Shown here piece after piece: positions 1-9,037 of a stretch of 64,000 nucleotides of DNA. The notes under the pieces are model-generated. The model had not been told where the DNA came from and made no database searches. It saw only the letters and a list, made by a program, of their open reading frames with translations. Source of the stretch: Gemmatimonadota bacterium (GTDB lineage Bacteria; Pseudomonadota; Gammaproteobacteria; Burkholderiales; Burkholderiaceae_F). The position numbers were made by a program, and so were the translations under genes. The stretch's first letter is position 1. Every line of letters begins with the position of its first letter. The stretch lies in assembly GCA_050258235.1 (NCBI GenBank), contig JBLMYK010000329.1, positions 3,910-67,909 on the forward strand, read 5' to 3'.

Positions 1-611
1 CCGAATGGCGCCATCAGCGCGAGCCCCCACAGGTTGATCAGCGCAGACACGCGCAGCGGCGTGCGCGTGGCGGCCAGCCGCTTGCCGATGATCACGTAGC
101 TCGCCTCGCACACCACCGCGCCGAATATCAGGGCGTTGCCGAGCAGGGTCGCTTCGCGCGATGCCTGCGCGCCGCGGGCGAACTGCAACAGCGCGATGCC
201 GCCGATCGCCAGCGCGATCGCGGCGATCGCGCGCCCGGTCAGGCGTTCGCGCAGGAACAGCCGCGAGCCGATTGCCACCACGGCGGGAATCGTCGCCATG
301 ATCACGCCGGCCGCGGTGGCGGTCGTGAGCGCCACGCCGCTCAGCATGCAGATCGAGAACAGGAAATTGCCGAGAAAGGACATCAGGAAGAACAGCCCGT
401 GCTCGCGCCGCGTCAGCGGCACCTCGTGCGGCCGCGGCAACGTCCACGGCAACATCGCCACCGAGGCGATGCCGAAGCGCAGGAACGCGAGCGCGAACAC
501 CGGTATCGCCGCGACCAGCGGCTTGGACAGCGCGACGTAGGAGCCGACCAGCGTCATCGACGCGGTCAGCAGCAGGTAGGCAGTGAATCGGTGACGGCCG
601 TCGGCGGACAT
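1..611 (-). CDS. EamA/DMT-family transporter (partial; 3' end lies beyond the window start)
   Basis: Absent from the ORF track because it is open at the window edge. The reverse complement from ATG (complement of 609-611) reads MSADGRHRFTAYLLLTASMTLVGSYVALSKPLVAAIPVFALAFLRFGIASVAMLPW... It continues as hydrophobic helices with no stop down to position 1. Confidence 0.8.
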   Translation of the reverse strand, partial: MSADGRHRFTAYLLLTASMTLVGSYVALSKPLVAAIPVFALAFLRFGIASVAMLPWTLPRPHEVPLTRREHGLFFLMSFLGNFLFSICMLSGVALTTATAAGVIMATIPAVVAIGSRLFLRERLTGRAIAAIALAIGGIALLQFARGAQASREATLLGNALIFGAVVCEASYVIIGKRLAATRTPLRVSALINLWGLALMAPF

Positions 612-680
612 GGGCCGCGACGATACCGAAACGATGCCGGCCGCCGCCGGATGTCACACGGCTGTCCTCGCCTGAGCGGC

Positions 681-805
681 GATGACCCACGGCTGCGCAG
701 ACACGGACGAGACTGGATCCCCGCCTACGCGGGGATGACCTGCGGCTGCGCAGACACGGACGAGACTGGATCCCCGCCTGCGCGGGGATGACCTGCGGCT
801 GCGCC
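681..805. repeat. 53-bp tandem repeat, about 2.4 copies, REP-like with internal hairpin
   Basis: GATGACC recurs at 681, 734 and 787, giving a 53-bp period. Units 1 and 2 differ at 3 of 53 positions. Each unit carries TCCCCGCCTGCGCGGGGA-type dyad symmetry. The third, partial unit forms hairpin CCTGCGG-N5-CCGCAGG (792-810), which abuts the upp stop. Confidence 0.85.
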
Positions 806-810
806 GCAGG

Positions 811-1458
811 TCACTTGGTGCCGAACAGCCGGTCGCCGGCGTCGCCCAGCCCCGGCACGATGTACGCGTGATCGTTCAGGTAGTCGTCGAGCGCGGCCAC
901 GTACATCGGCACATCGGGATGGTGCTGCTGATAGACCGCCACGCCCTCGGGCGCGGCAACCAGCGCGAGGAAACGGATATCGCGTGCCGCCACGCCGCGC
1001 TGCTTCAGCACGTCGACCGCGTGCACCGACGAGTAGCCGGTGCCGATCATCGGGTCGCAGACGATGAACTGGCGCCCCTCGATCTCCGGCAGGCGCACGA
1101 AATATTCCTTCGGCCGCTTGTTCTCGTCGCGGTACGAGCCGATGTGGCCGACGCGCGCCGACGGCACGAGTTCGAGCAGCGCATCGACCATGCCGAGCCC
1201 GGCGCGCAGCACCGGCACGATCGCCAGCTTGCGGCCGGCAATCACCGGCGCCTCGAGCGGCGCCAGCGGCGTCTCGATGTGCATCGTCGTCAGCGGGAGG
1301 TCGCGCGTGACCTCGTAGCCCATCAGCAGCGTGATCTCGCGCAGCAGGTCGCGGAAGGTGCGCGACGACGTGTCGCGGTCGCGCATGTGGGTGAGCTTGT
1401 GCTGGATCAGCGGGTGATCGACGATGAAGAGGTTCGGGAAGCGGGGATCCTGGCGCAT
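811..1458 (-). CDS. upp: uracil phosphoribosyltransferase
   Basis: 215-aa ORF that is Upp-like end to end. It has [10 protein letters not shown], the PRPP loop [11 protein letters not shown], and C-terminus [17 protein letters not shown]. Confidence 0.97.
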   Translation of the reverse strand: MRQDPRFPNLFIVDHPLIQHKLTHMRDRDTSSRTFRDLLREITLLMGYEVTRDLPLTTMHIETPLAPLEAPVIAGRKLAIVPVLRAGLGMVDALLELVPSARVGHIGSYRDENKRPKEYFVRLPEIEGRQFIVCDPMIGTGYSSVHAVDVLKQRGVAARDIRFLALVAAPEGVAVYQQHHPDVPMYVAALDDYLNDHAYIVPGLGDAGDRLFGTK

Positions 1459-1473
1459 GGTTTGGGTCTGCCG

Positions 1474-2322
1474 TCACTGCTCCGCGGCCGGCATTCGCAC
1501 CAGCTGCTGGCCGGTCTTCTCGTCCTTCGCCACCACAAGTACGCCGCGCGCGGCGGCATCGTCGATCAGCGCGCCGAAGCTCTTGTAGCCGTGGTAGCTC
1601 TCGTTGAACTCGGGCCGGCGGCGCTTCAGCGCCTGCTTGATCATCGACGCATAGATGCGCGCATCGCTGCCGCGCGCCTCGATCAGTTCCTCCAGCGTCT
1701 CCAGCACGAGGTCGAGCGCGGCCTGGCGCCGGTGCGCGGCATCGTCGTTGGCGGCCGGCTCCTCCGCGGTCCGGCGCTCGGCCCTCTTCGGTTCCGCCTT
1801 CCTTTTCTCGTGCTTCTTCGCCGCCTGCTTGCGCTTGGCCTCGCTGGCGCGCACCAGGTCGTCGTAGAAGATGAACTCGTCGCAGTTCTTGATCAGCAGG
1901 TCCGAGGTCGACGCCTTGACGCCGACGCCGATCACCGTCTTGTTGTTCTCGCGCAGCTTCGACACCAGCGGCGAGAAGTCGGAATCGCCGCTGACGATCA
2001 CGAACGTGTCGACGTGCGACTTCGTGTAACAGAGGTCGAGCGCGTCGACGACCATGCGGATGTCGGCCGAGTTCTTGCCGCTCTGGCGCACGTGCGGGAT
2101 CTCGATCAGCTCGAACGCCTGCTCGTGCATCGGCGCCTTGAACTCCTTGTAGCGCGCCCAGTCGCAGTAGGCTTTCTTCACCACGATGCTGCCCTTGACG
2201 AGCAGCTTGTCGAGCACGGCCTTGACGTCGAATTTCTCGTACTTGGCGTCCTGCACGCCGAGCGCGACGTTTTCGAAGTCGCAGAACACCGCCATGTTTT
2301 CGATTTCGCCGCTGGTTGCCAT
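1474..2322 (-). CDS. NYN/LabA-like domain protein with C-terminal OST-HTH (LOTUS)-like domain
   Basis: The start is taken at the internal ATG (complement of 2320-2322), reading MATSGEIENMAVFCDFENV... The N-terminal region has a NYN pattern (FCDFEN, VIVSGDSDFSPLV). A Lys/Arg-rich linker (RKQAAKKHEKRKAEPKRAERR) follows. The C-terminal helical module reads IYASMIKQALKRRRPEFNESYHGYKSFGALI. The upstream 60 codons of the track ORF look non-coding. Confidence 0.85.
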   Translation of the reverse strand: MATSGEIENMAVFCDFENVALGVQDAKYEKFDVKAVLDKLLVKGSIVVKKAYCDWARYKEFKAPMHEQAFELIEIPHVRQSGKNSADIRMVVDALDLCYTKSHVDTFVIVSGDSDFSPLVSKLRENNKTVIGVGVKASTSDLLIKNCDEFIFYDDLVRASEAKRKQAAKKHEKRKAEPKRAERRTAEEPAANDDAAHRRQAALDLVLETLEELIEARGSDARIYASMIKQALKRRRPEFNESYHGYKSFGALIDDAAARGVLVVAKDEKTGQQLVRMPAAEQ

Positions 2323-2348
2323 CGCGTTCCCCTGGTTCGCGCGGCAGT

Positions 2349-2720
2349 CTAACCGCCGCGCCAGGCCGCCCACGCCAGCAACAGCCAGCCGGCGAGGAAC
2401 AGCACGCCGCCCACCGGCGTGATCGCGCCCAGCCAGCGCGTGCCGGTCAGCGCGAGCAGGTACAGGCTGCCACTGAAGAGAATCGTGCCGGCGACGAAGC
2501 ACCAGCCGCTCGCCACCGCGGCGCCGCTCGGACTGCGCGTCGCGACCCAGGCCACGGCGATCAGGCCGACCACATGGAACATCTGGTAGCGCACCGCGGT
2601 GTCGAACACGGCCAGCAGGTCGGGCGCCAGCCGCGCTTTCAGCGCGTGTGCGCCGAACGCGCCGGCGGCCACCGCGATGAAGCCGCTCGCGGCGGCAAGC
2701 ACGAGGAAGATCCGCGCCAT
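2349..2720 (-). CDS. DUF423 (YgdD-like) small membrane protein
   Basis: 123 aa from MARIFLVLAAASGFIAVAAGAFGAHAL, with four predicted TM helices. The start codon overlaps the codA stop (TGATG). The 351-aa track ORF is an artefactual extension. Confidence 0.85.
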   Translation of the reverse strand: MARIFLVLAAASGFIAVAAGAFGAHALKARLAPDLLAVFDTAVRYQMFHVVGLIAVAWVATRSPSGAAVASGWCFVAGTILFSGSLYLLALTGTRWLGAITPVGGVLFLAGWLLLAWAAWRGG

Positions 2721-3991
2721 CAGCGGATGAAGCCGGTCGACGCAGGCCGGCCCGGCAGGTCGAGCGCCGCAGTTGCCGGCGCGGTACGGGCGACGATGCG
2801 GCCGCGGCGCACGACAGCGAGCCGCGGCGCGCGCAGGCGGATCGCCTCGATCGGATCGCGCGCCTGCAGCAGCACGAAATCGGCGTGGCAGCCCGGCGCG
2901 ATACCGTAGCGCTCGAGCCCGAGGATCTTCGCCGGCGCGCTCGTCACCGCGGCGAAGCACTGCCTGATCGCGTCCACGCCGGTCATCTGAGCGACGTGCA
3001 GCCCCATGTGGGCGACCTCGAGCATGTCGCCGCTGCCGAGCGAATACCAGGGGTCCATCACGCAGTCGTGACCGAACGCCACGTCGACGCCGGCGGCCAG
3101 CAGTTCCGGCACGCGCGTCATGCCGCGCCGCTTCGGATACGTGTCGTGGCGGCCCTGGATCGTGATGTTGATCAGCGGATTGGCCACCGCGCTGACGCCG
3201 CCCTCCTTGATCAGCGGGATCAGCTTGGACACGTAGTAGTTGTCCATGCTGTGCATCGACGTCAGGTGCGAGCCGGTCACGCGGCCCTGCAGGCCCAGCC
3301 GCTGCGCCTCGTACGCGAGCGTCTCGATGTGGCGGCTCATCGGATCGTCGGTCTCGTCGCAGTGCATGTCGACGCGCAGGCCGCGGCGCGCCGCCTCCTC
3401 GCACAGTAGCTTCACGCTCGCCGCGCCATCAGCCATCGTGCGTTCGAAGTGCGGGATGCCGCCGACGACGTCGACCCCCATATCGAGCGCACGGCGCAGG
3501 TTCTCGATCCCGTGCGGCGAGCGCAGCACGCCGTCCTGCGGAAACGCGACCAGCTGCAAGTCGAGGTAAGGCCTGACCTTCTGCCTCACGTGCAGCAGCG
3601 CCTCGACCGCGAGCAGGCGCGGATCGCAGGTGTCGACGTGCGAGCGGATCGCCAGCAGCCCTTTCGCCACCGCCCAGTCGCAGTAGGCGAGCGCGCGTTC
3701 GACGATCGCGTCCTGGGTCAGCTGCGGCTTCAGCTCGCCCCACAGCGCGATGCCCTCGAGCAGCGTGCCGCTGGCGTTCACGCGCGGCATGCCGCAGGTC
3801 AGCGTCGCATCCATGTGAAAGTGCGCGTCGACGAAAGGCGGCGTGACCAGCTGTCCCGCCGCGTCGAGGGTCTGGGCGGCTTGCGCAGCGATCGCCGGCG
3901 CGACGTCGATGATCTCCGCGCCGCGCACGGCGATGTCGGTCCCGGTTCGCCCGTCGGGCAAGGTGGCGTTGCGAACGATCAAGTCGAGCAT
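2720..3991 (-). CDS. codA: cytosine deaminase
   Basis: 423 aa, collinear with E. coli CodA as I recall it. Shared blocks are PPFVDAHFHMD, SGTLLEGI, LQLVAFPQDG, GGIPHFE, VDMHCDETDD, SHLTSMHS, NPLINITIQGRHDTYPKRRGMTRV and FGHDCVMDPWY. Confidence 0.93.
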   Translation of the reverse strand: MLDLIVRNATLPDGRTGTDIAVRGAEIIDVAPAIAAQAAQTLDAAGQLVTPPFVDAHFHMDATLTCGMPRVNASGTLLEGIALWGELKPQLTQDAIVERALAYCDWAVAKGLLAIRSHVDTCDPRLLAVEALLHVRQKVRPYLDLQLVAFPQDGVLRSPHGIENLRRALDMGVDVVGGIPHFERTMADGAASVKLLCEEAARRGLRVDMHCDETDDPMSRHIETLAYEAQRLGLQGRVTGSHLTSMHSMDNYYVSKLIPLIKEGGVSAVANPLINITIQGRHDTYPKRRGMTRVPELLAAGVDVAFGHDCVMDPWYSLGSGDMLEVAHMGLHVAQMTGVDAIRQCFAAVTSAPAKILGLERYGIAPGCHADFVLLQARDPIEAIRLRAPRLAVVRRGRIVARTAPATAALDLPGRPASTGFIR

Positions 3992-4053
3992 GGCGGCTGC
4001 GCGATGGCGCGATAGCCGCCAATCCTAGCCGACCGCGCGAGCGGCGCGTGAGC

Positions 4054-5640
4054 TCAGTGGGCGCCGCTGTCGACCGCGCCCAGTCCGCCGCGCTGCGGCC
4101 GCGTCAGCCAGACCAGTCCCACCAGCACCAGGAACAGCAGCGCCGACAGGTAGAAGAGCTCGTCGACGGACAGCGTGAACGCCTGCGTGTCGACGATGCG
4201 GTTCAGCAGCGCCAGCGCCTGTTCGTGCGTGAGGCCCGCGTGCGTCGCGGTGTCGAAGAAGCGGTCGGTCGACAGATCGCCGCGCGTCAGGTGTTCGACC
4301 AGCTGCGAGTGATGCAGCGACGCGCGCTGCTCCCACAGCGTGGTCGATATCGACGTGCCGAACGAGCCCGCGGTGATGCGCGCGAAATTGGTCAGTCCCG
4401 ACGCGCCGGCAATGCGGTCCGGGGTCAGGCCCGACAGCGCGATTGCCATCAGCGGGATGAAGAAGCAGGCCACCGCCGCGCCCTGGATCACGGTCGGCAC
4501 CATGATGGTGGCCAGGTCGGTTTCGGTGGTGAACAGCGAGCGCAAATACATGACCAGCGCGAAGACCAGGAACGAAATGGTCACGATCGGGCGCGGGTCG
4601 ACGCGGTTGACGAAGCGCCCGACGACGGGCGTCAGCAGCATCGCCAGCGCCCCGACGGGCGCCAGCGCCCAGCCCGCCTGGGTGGCGGTGTAGCCCATCC
4701 ACTGCTGCAGCCACAGCGGTAGCAGCACCAGGTTGCCGAAGAACAATCCATAGGCAACTGCAATCGAGGTGGTCGCGAACAGGAAGTTGCGGCGCGCGAA
4801 CAGGCGCACCTCGACGACCGGATGTGCATCGGTCAGTTCCCACGCGAGAAAGAATGCAAACCCGATCACCGCGACGATCGCGAGCGCGACGATCTGGTCC
4901 GACGCGAACCAGTCGAGTTCCTTGCCCTTGTCGAGCATGATCTGCAGGCTGCCGACCCACAGCACCAGCAGCGCCAGGCCGACGCCATCGATCGGCACCT
5001 TGCGCGTCGGCGTCTCGCGCCGGTGGTACAGGGTCCAGGTTACGAACGCCGCGCCCAGTCCGATCGGAACGTTGATGAAGAAGATCCACGGCCAGCCGAT
5101 GTTGTCGGTGATCCAGCCGCCCGCCAGCGGTCCGACCACCGGCGCGATCAGCGTGGTCATGCCCCAGAACGCCAGCGCGGTGCCGGATTTCCTGGCCGGA
5201 TAACTCGACAGCAGCAGCGTCTGCGACAGCGGGATCATCGGACCGGCGACGAAACCCTGCAGCACGCGGAAGGTGATCAGCGTCTGCAGGTTCGGCGCCA
5301 GCCCGCACAGGAAGGACGAGATCACGAACAGCACGATGCTGGCGAGGAACAGCCGTACCTGGCCGAAACGCTGCGTCAGCCATCCGGTCAGCGGCAGCGA
5401 GATCGCGTTGGCCACGCCGAACGAAGTGATGACCCAGGTGCCCTGGCTCGGCGACACGCCGAGGTCGCCGGAGATCGCGGGAATCGACACGTTGGCGATC
5501 GACGTGTCGAGCACGTTCATGAAGGTCGCCAGCGACAGCGCGAGCGTGCCGACCACCAGCGCGCTGCCGGTCAGCGGCGGGTGCGCGTGCGACGGCGCCG
5601 GTCGGCCGGCGCCGTTCGCGGTCGGTGCGGCGGCGGACAT
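4054..5640 (-). CDS. emrB: DHA2-family MFS multidrug efflux permease (EmrB/QacA type)
   Basis: 528 aa with 14-TM style hydrophobicity and an N-terminal LDTSIANVSIPAISGDLG motif. It is the last gene of the MarR-OMF-EmrA-EmrB operon. Confidence 0.93.
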   Translation of the reverse strand: MSAAAPTANGAGRPAPSHAHPPLTGSALVVGTLALSLATFMNVLDTSIANVSIPAISGDLGVSPSQGTWVITSFGVANAISLPLTGWLTQRFGQVRLFLASIVLFVISSFLCGLAPNLQTLITFRVLQGFVAGPMIPLSQTLLLSSYPARKSGTALAFWGMTTLIAPVVGPLAGGWITDNIGWPWIFFINVPIGLGAAFVTWTLYHRRETPTRKVPIDGVGLALLVLWVGSLQIMLDKGKELDWFASDQIVALAIVAVIGFAFFLAWELTDAHPVVEVRLFARRNFLFATTSIAVAYGLFFGNLVLLPLWLQQWMGYTATQAGWALAPVGALAMLLTPVVGRFVNRVDPRPIVTISFLVFALVMYLRSLFTTETDLATIMVPTVIQGAAVACFFIPLMAIALSGLTPDRIAGASGLTNFARITAGSFGTSISTTLWEQRASLHHSQLVEHLTRGDLSTDRFFDTATHAGLTHEQALALLNRIVDTQAFTLSVDELFYLSALLFLVLVGLVWLTRPQRGGLGAVDSGAH

Positions 5641-5655
5641 CGGCGGCGGGTGCGC

Positions 5656-6927
5656 TCAGTCGACCGGGTTGGTCGCGAGGCTCGCGGCGCGCGTCCCCCC
5701 GGGCGCCGGCTTCGGTTTGCCGGCAGAGCCGGCGAGGTTGGCCGCGATGATGCGTTCGATCACCGCGTCGGCGCCGCGCGACGAGGTCGGAAACACGTCG
5801 GTCGTCGCGATCGGCTGGGTGCGCGGCGCTTCGGCGAGCATCTTGCCGCTGCGATCGGACACGTCGACCGTCACCTCCATCGACAGCCCCACCCGCAGCG
5901 GGTGCGCAGCGAGTTCCTTCTGGTCAAGGGCGATGCGGACCGGCACGCGCTGCACGACCTTGATCCAGTTGCCGGTCGCGTTCTGCGCCGGCAGCAGCGC
6001 AAATGCGGCGCCGGTTCCGACGCCGAGGCCGGCGACCGTGCCGTGGTATTCGACCCGCGTTCCGTACAGGTCGGCGGTGAGCGTGACCGGCTGGCCGATG
6101 CGGAGGTTGCGCAGCTGCACTTCCTTGAAGTTCGCATCGACCCACACACGGTCGAGTGGCACGATCGCCATCAGCGGCGTGCCGGTCTGCACGCGGCTGC
6201 CGACCTGGACGCTGCGTCGCGCAACGTAGCCTGTCACCGGGGCAGGCAGCTCGACGCGGGAAAGCGCCAGATACGCCTCGCGCACGCGCGCCGCCGCTCG
6301 CTGCACGTTCGGATGGCTGGACACCGTCGTCCCTGCAGTCAGGGCCTGGTTGGCGACAAGCTGCTCGCGCGCCGCGCTCGCGGCCGCCTGCGCCGCAGCC
6401 AGCGCGCTGCGCGCGCTCGCCAGCGCGGTGGCGGCATGCTTGATCTCTTCAACCGACACCGCGCCGGTCGATGCCAGCGACTGGCGCCGCGCCAGATCGT
6501 CCTGCGCCTTGGCCACGTCGCTCTGCGCTTTCGCGACTTCGGCGTCGCGCAGCGCGACCGCAGCCGCAAGCGACGCGTCGTTGGCGAACAGCGTGCGCAC
6601 CTCGCGCACCGTCTGGCCGAGCTGGGCCTCGGCCTGCTCGAGGGCGACCCGCGCGTCGGCCGGATCGAGTTTCACCAGCGGCTGGCCGGCGCGCACGAAA
6701 TCGGTCTCGTCGGCGTCGATCGACAGCACGGTGCCGCTGACCTGCGGCGTGATCAGCACCAGGTTGCCCCCGACGTAGGCGTTGTCGGTCGACTCGTAGT
6801 GGCTTTCGAACACGAACCAGTAGATGCCGTAGCCGATCGCAATGAGGCCGAACAGCGTGGCGAGTGCGAGCAGGGCGATACGCCGCTGCCTGGGTCGTGC
6901 GCTGTCGGTGGGGACTGGATTGCTCAT
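5656..6927 (-). CDS. emrA: HlyD/EmrA-family membrane fusion protein
   Basis: The start is taken at MSNPVPTD (ATG complement of 6925-6927), a 4-nt overlap with the OMF stop. It has a single N-terminal TM (IALLALATLFGLIAIGYGIYWFVF), then YVGGNLVLITPQVSGTV, a long Ala/Gln coiled coil, and a barrel-sandwich C-terminal half. Confidence 0.9.
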   Translation of the reverse strand: MSNPVPTDSARPRQRRIALLALATLFGLIAIGYGIYWFVFESHYESTDNAYVGGNLVLITPQVSGTVLSIDADETDFVRAGQPLVKLDPADARVALEQAEAQLGQTVREVRTLFANDASLAAAVALRDAEVAKAQSDVAKAQDDLARRQSLASTGAVSVEEIKHAATALASARSALAAAQAAASAAREQLVANQALTAGTTVSSHPNVQRAAARVREAYLALSRVELPAPVTGYVARRSVQVGSRVQTGTPLMAIVPLDRVWVDANFKEVQLRNLRIGQPVTLTADLYGTRVEYHGTVAGLGVGTGAAFALLPAQNATGNWIKVVQRVPVRIALDQKELAAHPLRVGLSMEVTVDVSDRSGKMLAEAPRTQPIATTDVFPTSSRGADAVIERIIAANLAGSAGKPKPAPGGTRAASLATNPVD

Positions 6928-8360
6928 CTTTGTCTTGAGTCGGAGGCGACTGCCTCGGAAATTGAACCGGCATCGAAACCGCCGCCGAGCGCGCGCATCA
7001 GCTGAATCGTCGCGGTTGCGCGGCGCCCCTTCAGGTCGACACCGATCCGTCGCTGCGCCAGCACGTTGGTCTCGGCCGCCAGCACGGTCAGATACGAACC
7101 TAGCCCCGCGCGGTAGCGCAGGGTGGCAAGGTCGTACGCGCCCTCGGCCGCTGCCTGCGCCGCGTGCTGCTCGGTGGCCTGGCGCTCGATCGATTGCAGC
7201 GACGCGACCTGGTCGGCGACGTCGCGCACCGCGTCGATCAGCGTCGCGTTGTAGGCGGCGACCGCGGCATCGAGGTCCGCCGTCCGCACGCGCAGATTGG
7301 CGCGCAGTCGCCCGGCATCGAAGACCGGCAGGCTGATGGCCGGTCCGACGCCCCAGGTGCGGCTGCCCGCCTCGATCCAGTTCGCGAATCCCAGGCTCTG
7401 GAAGCCGGCGAAAGCGGCGAGGTTCACGTTCGGATAGAACTGCGCCTTCGCCTCGTCGATCCCGGCGGTGGCGGCCTCCACGCGCCAACGTGCGGCGCTG
7501 ATGTCCGCGCGGCGGCCGATCAGATCGGCGGGAATCGCGCGCGGCACGTCGGGCGGCTGCACCGGCGGCAGATGCGGCGCCAGCGCGTCGGTCTTCGCCG
7601 GGCCAGCGCCCAGCAGGGCGGCAAGGGCGTTGCGCGCGAGGTGCTGCTGCTCGTCGAGCGCTTCGATCTGTTGCCGGATTTCGGGTACCGCGCCTTCGGC
7701 CTGGCGCAGCTCTACCTGGGTGTCGAGACCGCTGGCAACGCGCGCCTGCACCAGCTTCAGGATCTGTTCGCGCTGCGCGAGCGTGGCCGCGAGCACTTCG
7801 CGCGTTTCATCAAGTCGCGCGAGCTGCACGTAGGTCGATGCCACGGAACTCGCGATCGCGAGGCGTGCGGCCTGTGCCTCGGCCGCCGCCGCGCGTTGCT
7901 GCGACAGCGCCGCGCGCAGTGCGGCGCGATTGCGGCCGAAGAAATCCAGCTCCCAGCTGCCGGACAGCTGCAGCAGGTTGCTGGTTTCCTCCGCGCCGCC
8001 CAGCGGTGGCGGGTACAGGAAGTTCTCGCTGAAGCGCTGCCGGGTCGATTGCGCCTGCGCATCTACGCGGGGCCGGCCCGCCGCATCGACGCCCGCGGCA
8101 GCGGCCTGCGCGCGCAGCAATCGGGCGCGCGCAGCGTCGAGCTGCGGGTTGCCCGCCAGCGCCTGTGTGACCAGTTCGTTCAGCTGCGTGTCGCCGAAGC
8201 GTGTCCACCAGTCGTCGCGCGGCCAGGCAGCCGCAGCGTCGGTCGCGCCGAGCTGCGCCGCGGTTCGCGTGGTCGTCGTCGGCGTGACGCCGCCGAAACT
8301 CGCGCAGCCAGCGGCGAGCAGCGCGAGCGCAAGCGTGACGATGCGCAGGCCCGGCCTCAT
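6924..8360 (-). CDS. NodT-family outer-membrane efflux lipoprotein
   Basis: 478 aa with lipobox LLAAGC and the duplicated OEP/TolC-like repeat architecture. ATGA overlaps link it to MarR upstream and EmrA downstream. Confidence 0.92.
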   Translation of the reverse strand: MRPGLRIVTLALALLAAGCASFGGVTPTTTTRTAAQLGATDAAAAWPRDDWWTRFGDTQLNELVTQALAGNPQLDAARARLLRAQAAAAGVDAAGRPRVDAQAQSTRQRFSENFLYPPPLGGAEETSNLLQLSGSWELDFFGRNRAALRAALSQQRAAAAEAQAARLAIASSVASTYVQLARLDETREVLAATLAQREQILKLVQARVASGLDTQVELRQAEGAVPEIRQQIEALDEQQHLARNALAALLGAGPAKTDALAPHLPPVQPPDVPRAIPADLIGRRADISAARWRVEAATAGIDEAKAQFYPNVNLAAFAGFQSLGFANWIEAGSRTWGVGPAISLPVFDAGRLRANLRVRTADLDAAVAAYNATLIDAVRDVADQVASLQSIERQATEQHAAQAAAEGAYDLATLRYRAGLGSYLTVLAAETNVLAQRRIGVDLKGRRATATIQLMRALGGGFDAGSISEAVASDSRQR

Positions 8361-8902
8361 TCCGCCTCCGCATTGGCGACGATGCGCCGGAGCATCGCGC
8401 GCAGCGCGTCGACCTCGGCGGCGCTGAAGTCGCGCAGCACCTCGTTCAGCGTGTCGGCGATCGCATAGGGAATCTTCGCCGCGATCGCCCGCCCCGCCGC
8501 GGTCAGCTCGAGCTGCACGATGCGACGGTCTTCCTCGCTGCGCACGCGCCGCAGCAGCCGCTTGGACTCGAGGCGATCGAGCATGCGGGTGGTGGCGCCC
8601 GGATCAATGTCGTTCAGCCGCGCCAGTTCGGCCGCCGTGCTGCAAAGGCCGCGTCCGATCGCAAACAGCGGCAGCATCTGCACGCCCGTCATTTCGTGAT
8701 CGGTCATCTGTCGATCCAGGCGGCGCCGGATCGCGGACAGCGCGAGCCGCAGCAGATAGCCGATCGAATCCTCCGCGCGGTAGTCGTCGCCGCGGTAATG
8801 GCGCGGCGTCGAGGCGCGCCGGCGCGCTGTCTTCGCGGCCCGGCTGTGATCGGCCGATGCGGCACACATGGCGAAAATGGTCGCGTGATCGCGGGAAGGC
8901 AA
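8357..8902 (-). CDS. MarR-family transcriptional regulator
   Basis: Winged-HTH region TAAELARLNDIDPGATTRMLDRLESKRLLRRVRSEEDRRIVQLELT. The exact start is uncertain because an internal ATG is also possible. Confidence 0.85.
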   Translation of the reverse strand: MPSRDHATIFAMCAASADHSRAAKTARRRASTPRHYRGDDYRAEDSIGYLLRLALSAIRRRLDRQMTDHEMTGVQMLPLFAIGRGLCSTAAELARLNDIDPGATTRMLDRLESKRLLRRVRSEEDRRIVQLELTAAGRAIAAKIPYAIADTLNEVLRDFSAAEVDALRAMLRRIVANAEAE

Positions 8903-9037
8903 GGGGAGCGGCGATGCTACTGCCTAGGCAATCATTGTCAAGGCATGTATCTTGCGCGAACGCGCGTCGCGTGCTTGCGCTGCCGCGTTCTGCTCCCGCA
9001 TCCTTCATCCGTGCCGTTATCGCGCCTCCCCGTCGCA

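Noticed and set aside
681-805. Possible CRISPR array
   Set aside because: The repeats are directly adjacent with no spacers, there are only about 2.4 copies, the unit is 53 bp, and there are no cas genes. This is a tandem REP-like repeat.
868-2352. 494-aa plus-strand ORF overlapping upp and the NYN gene
   Set aside because: It is antisense to two genes that have clear family signatures. The translation is Arg/Ala/His/Val-rich, low in complexity and has no recognisable motifs. This is typical of a GC-rich shadow ORF.
1474-2502. N-terminal extensions of several track ORFs (for example 1474-2502, 2349-3404, 5656-7488, 14313-15677, 27797-28972, 28279-29721, 37369-38091, 13088-14227, 22299-24569, 50208-51872, 59310-60353)
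   Set aside because: The extensions run into neighbouring genes and are Arg/Pro/Gly-rich. The family-typical N-terminus begins at an internal start that usually forms an ATGA or TGATG overlap with the upstream gene, or follows an SD sequence.
4822-7005. 727-aa plus-strand ORF across emrB and emrA
   Set aside because: It is antisense to the efflux operon. The composition is dominated by R, D, G, A and Q, and no domain pattern is visible.
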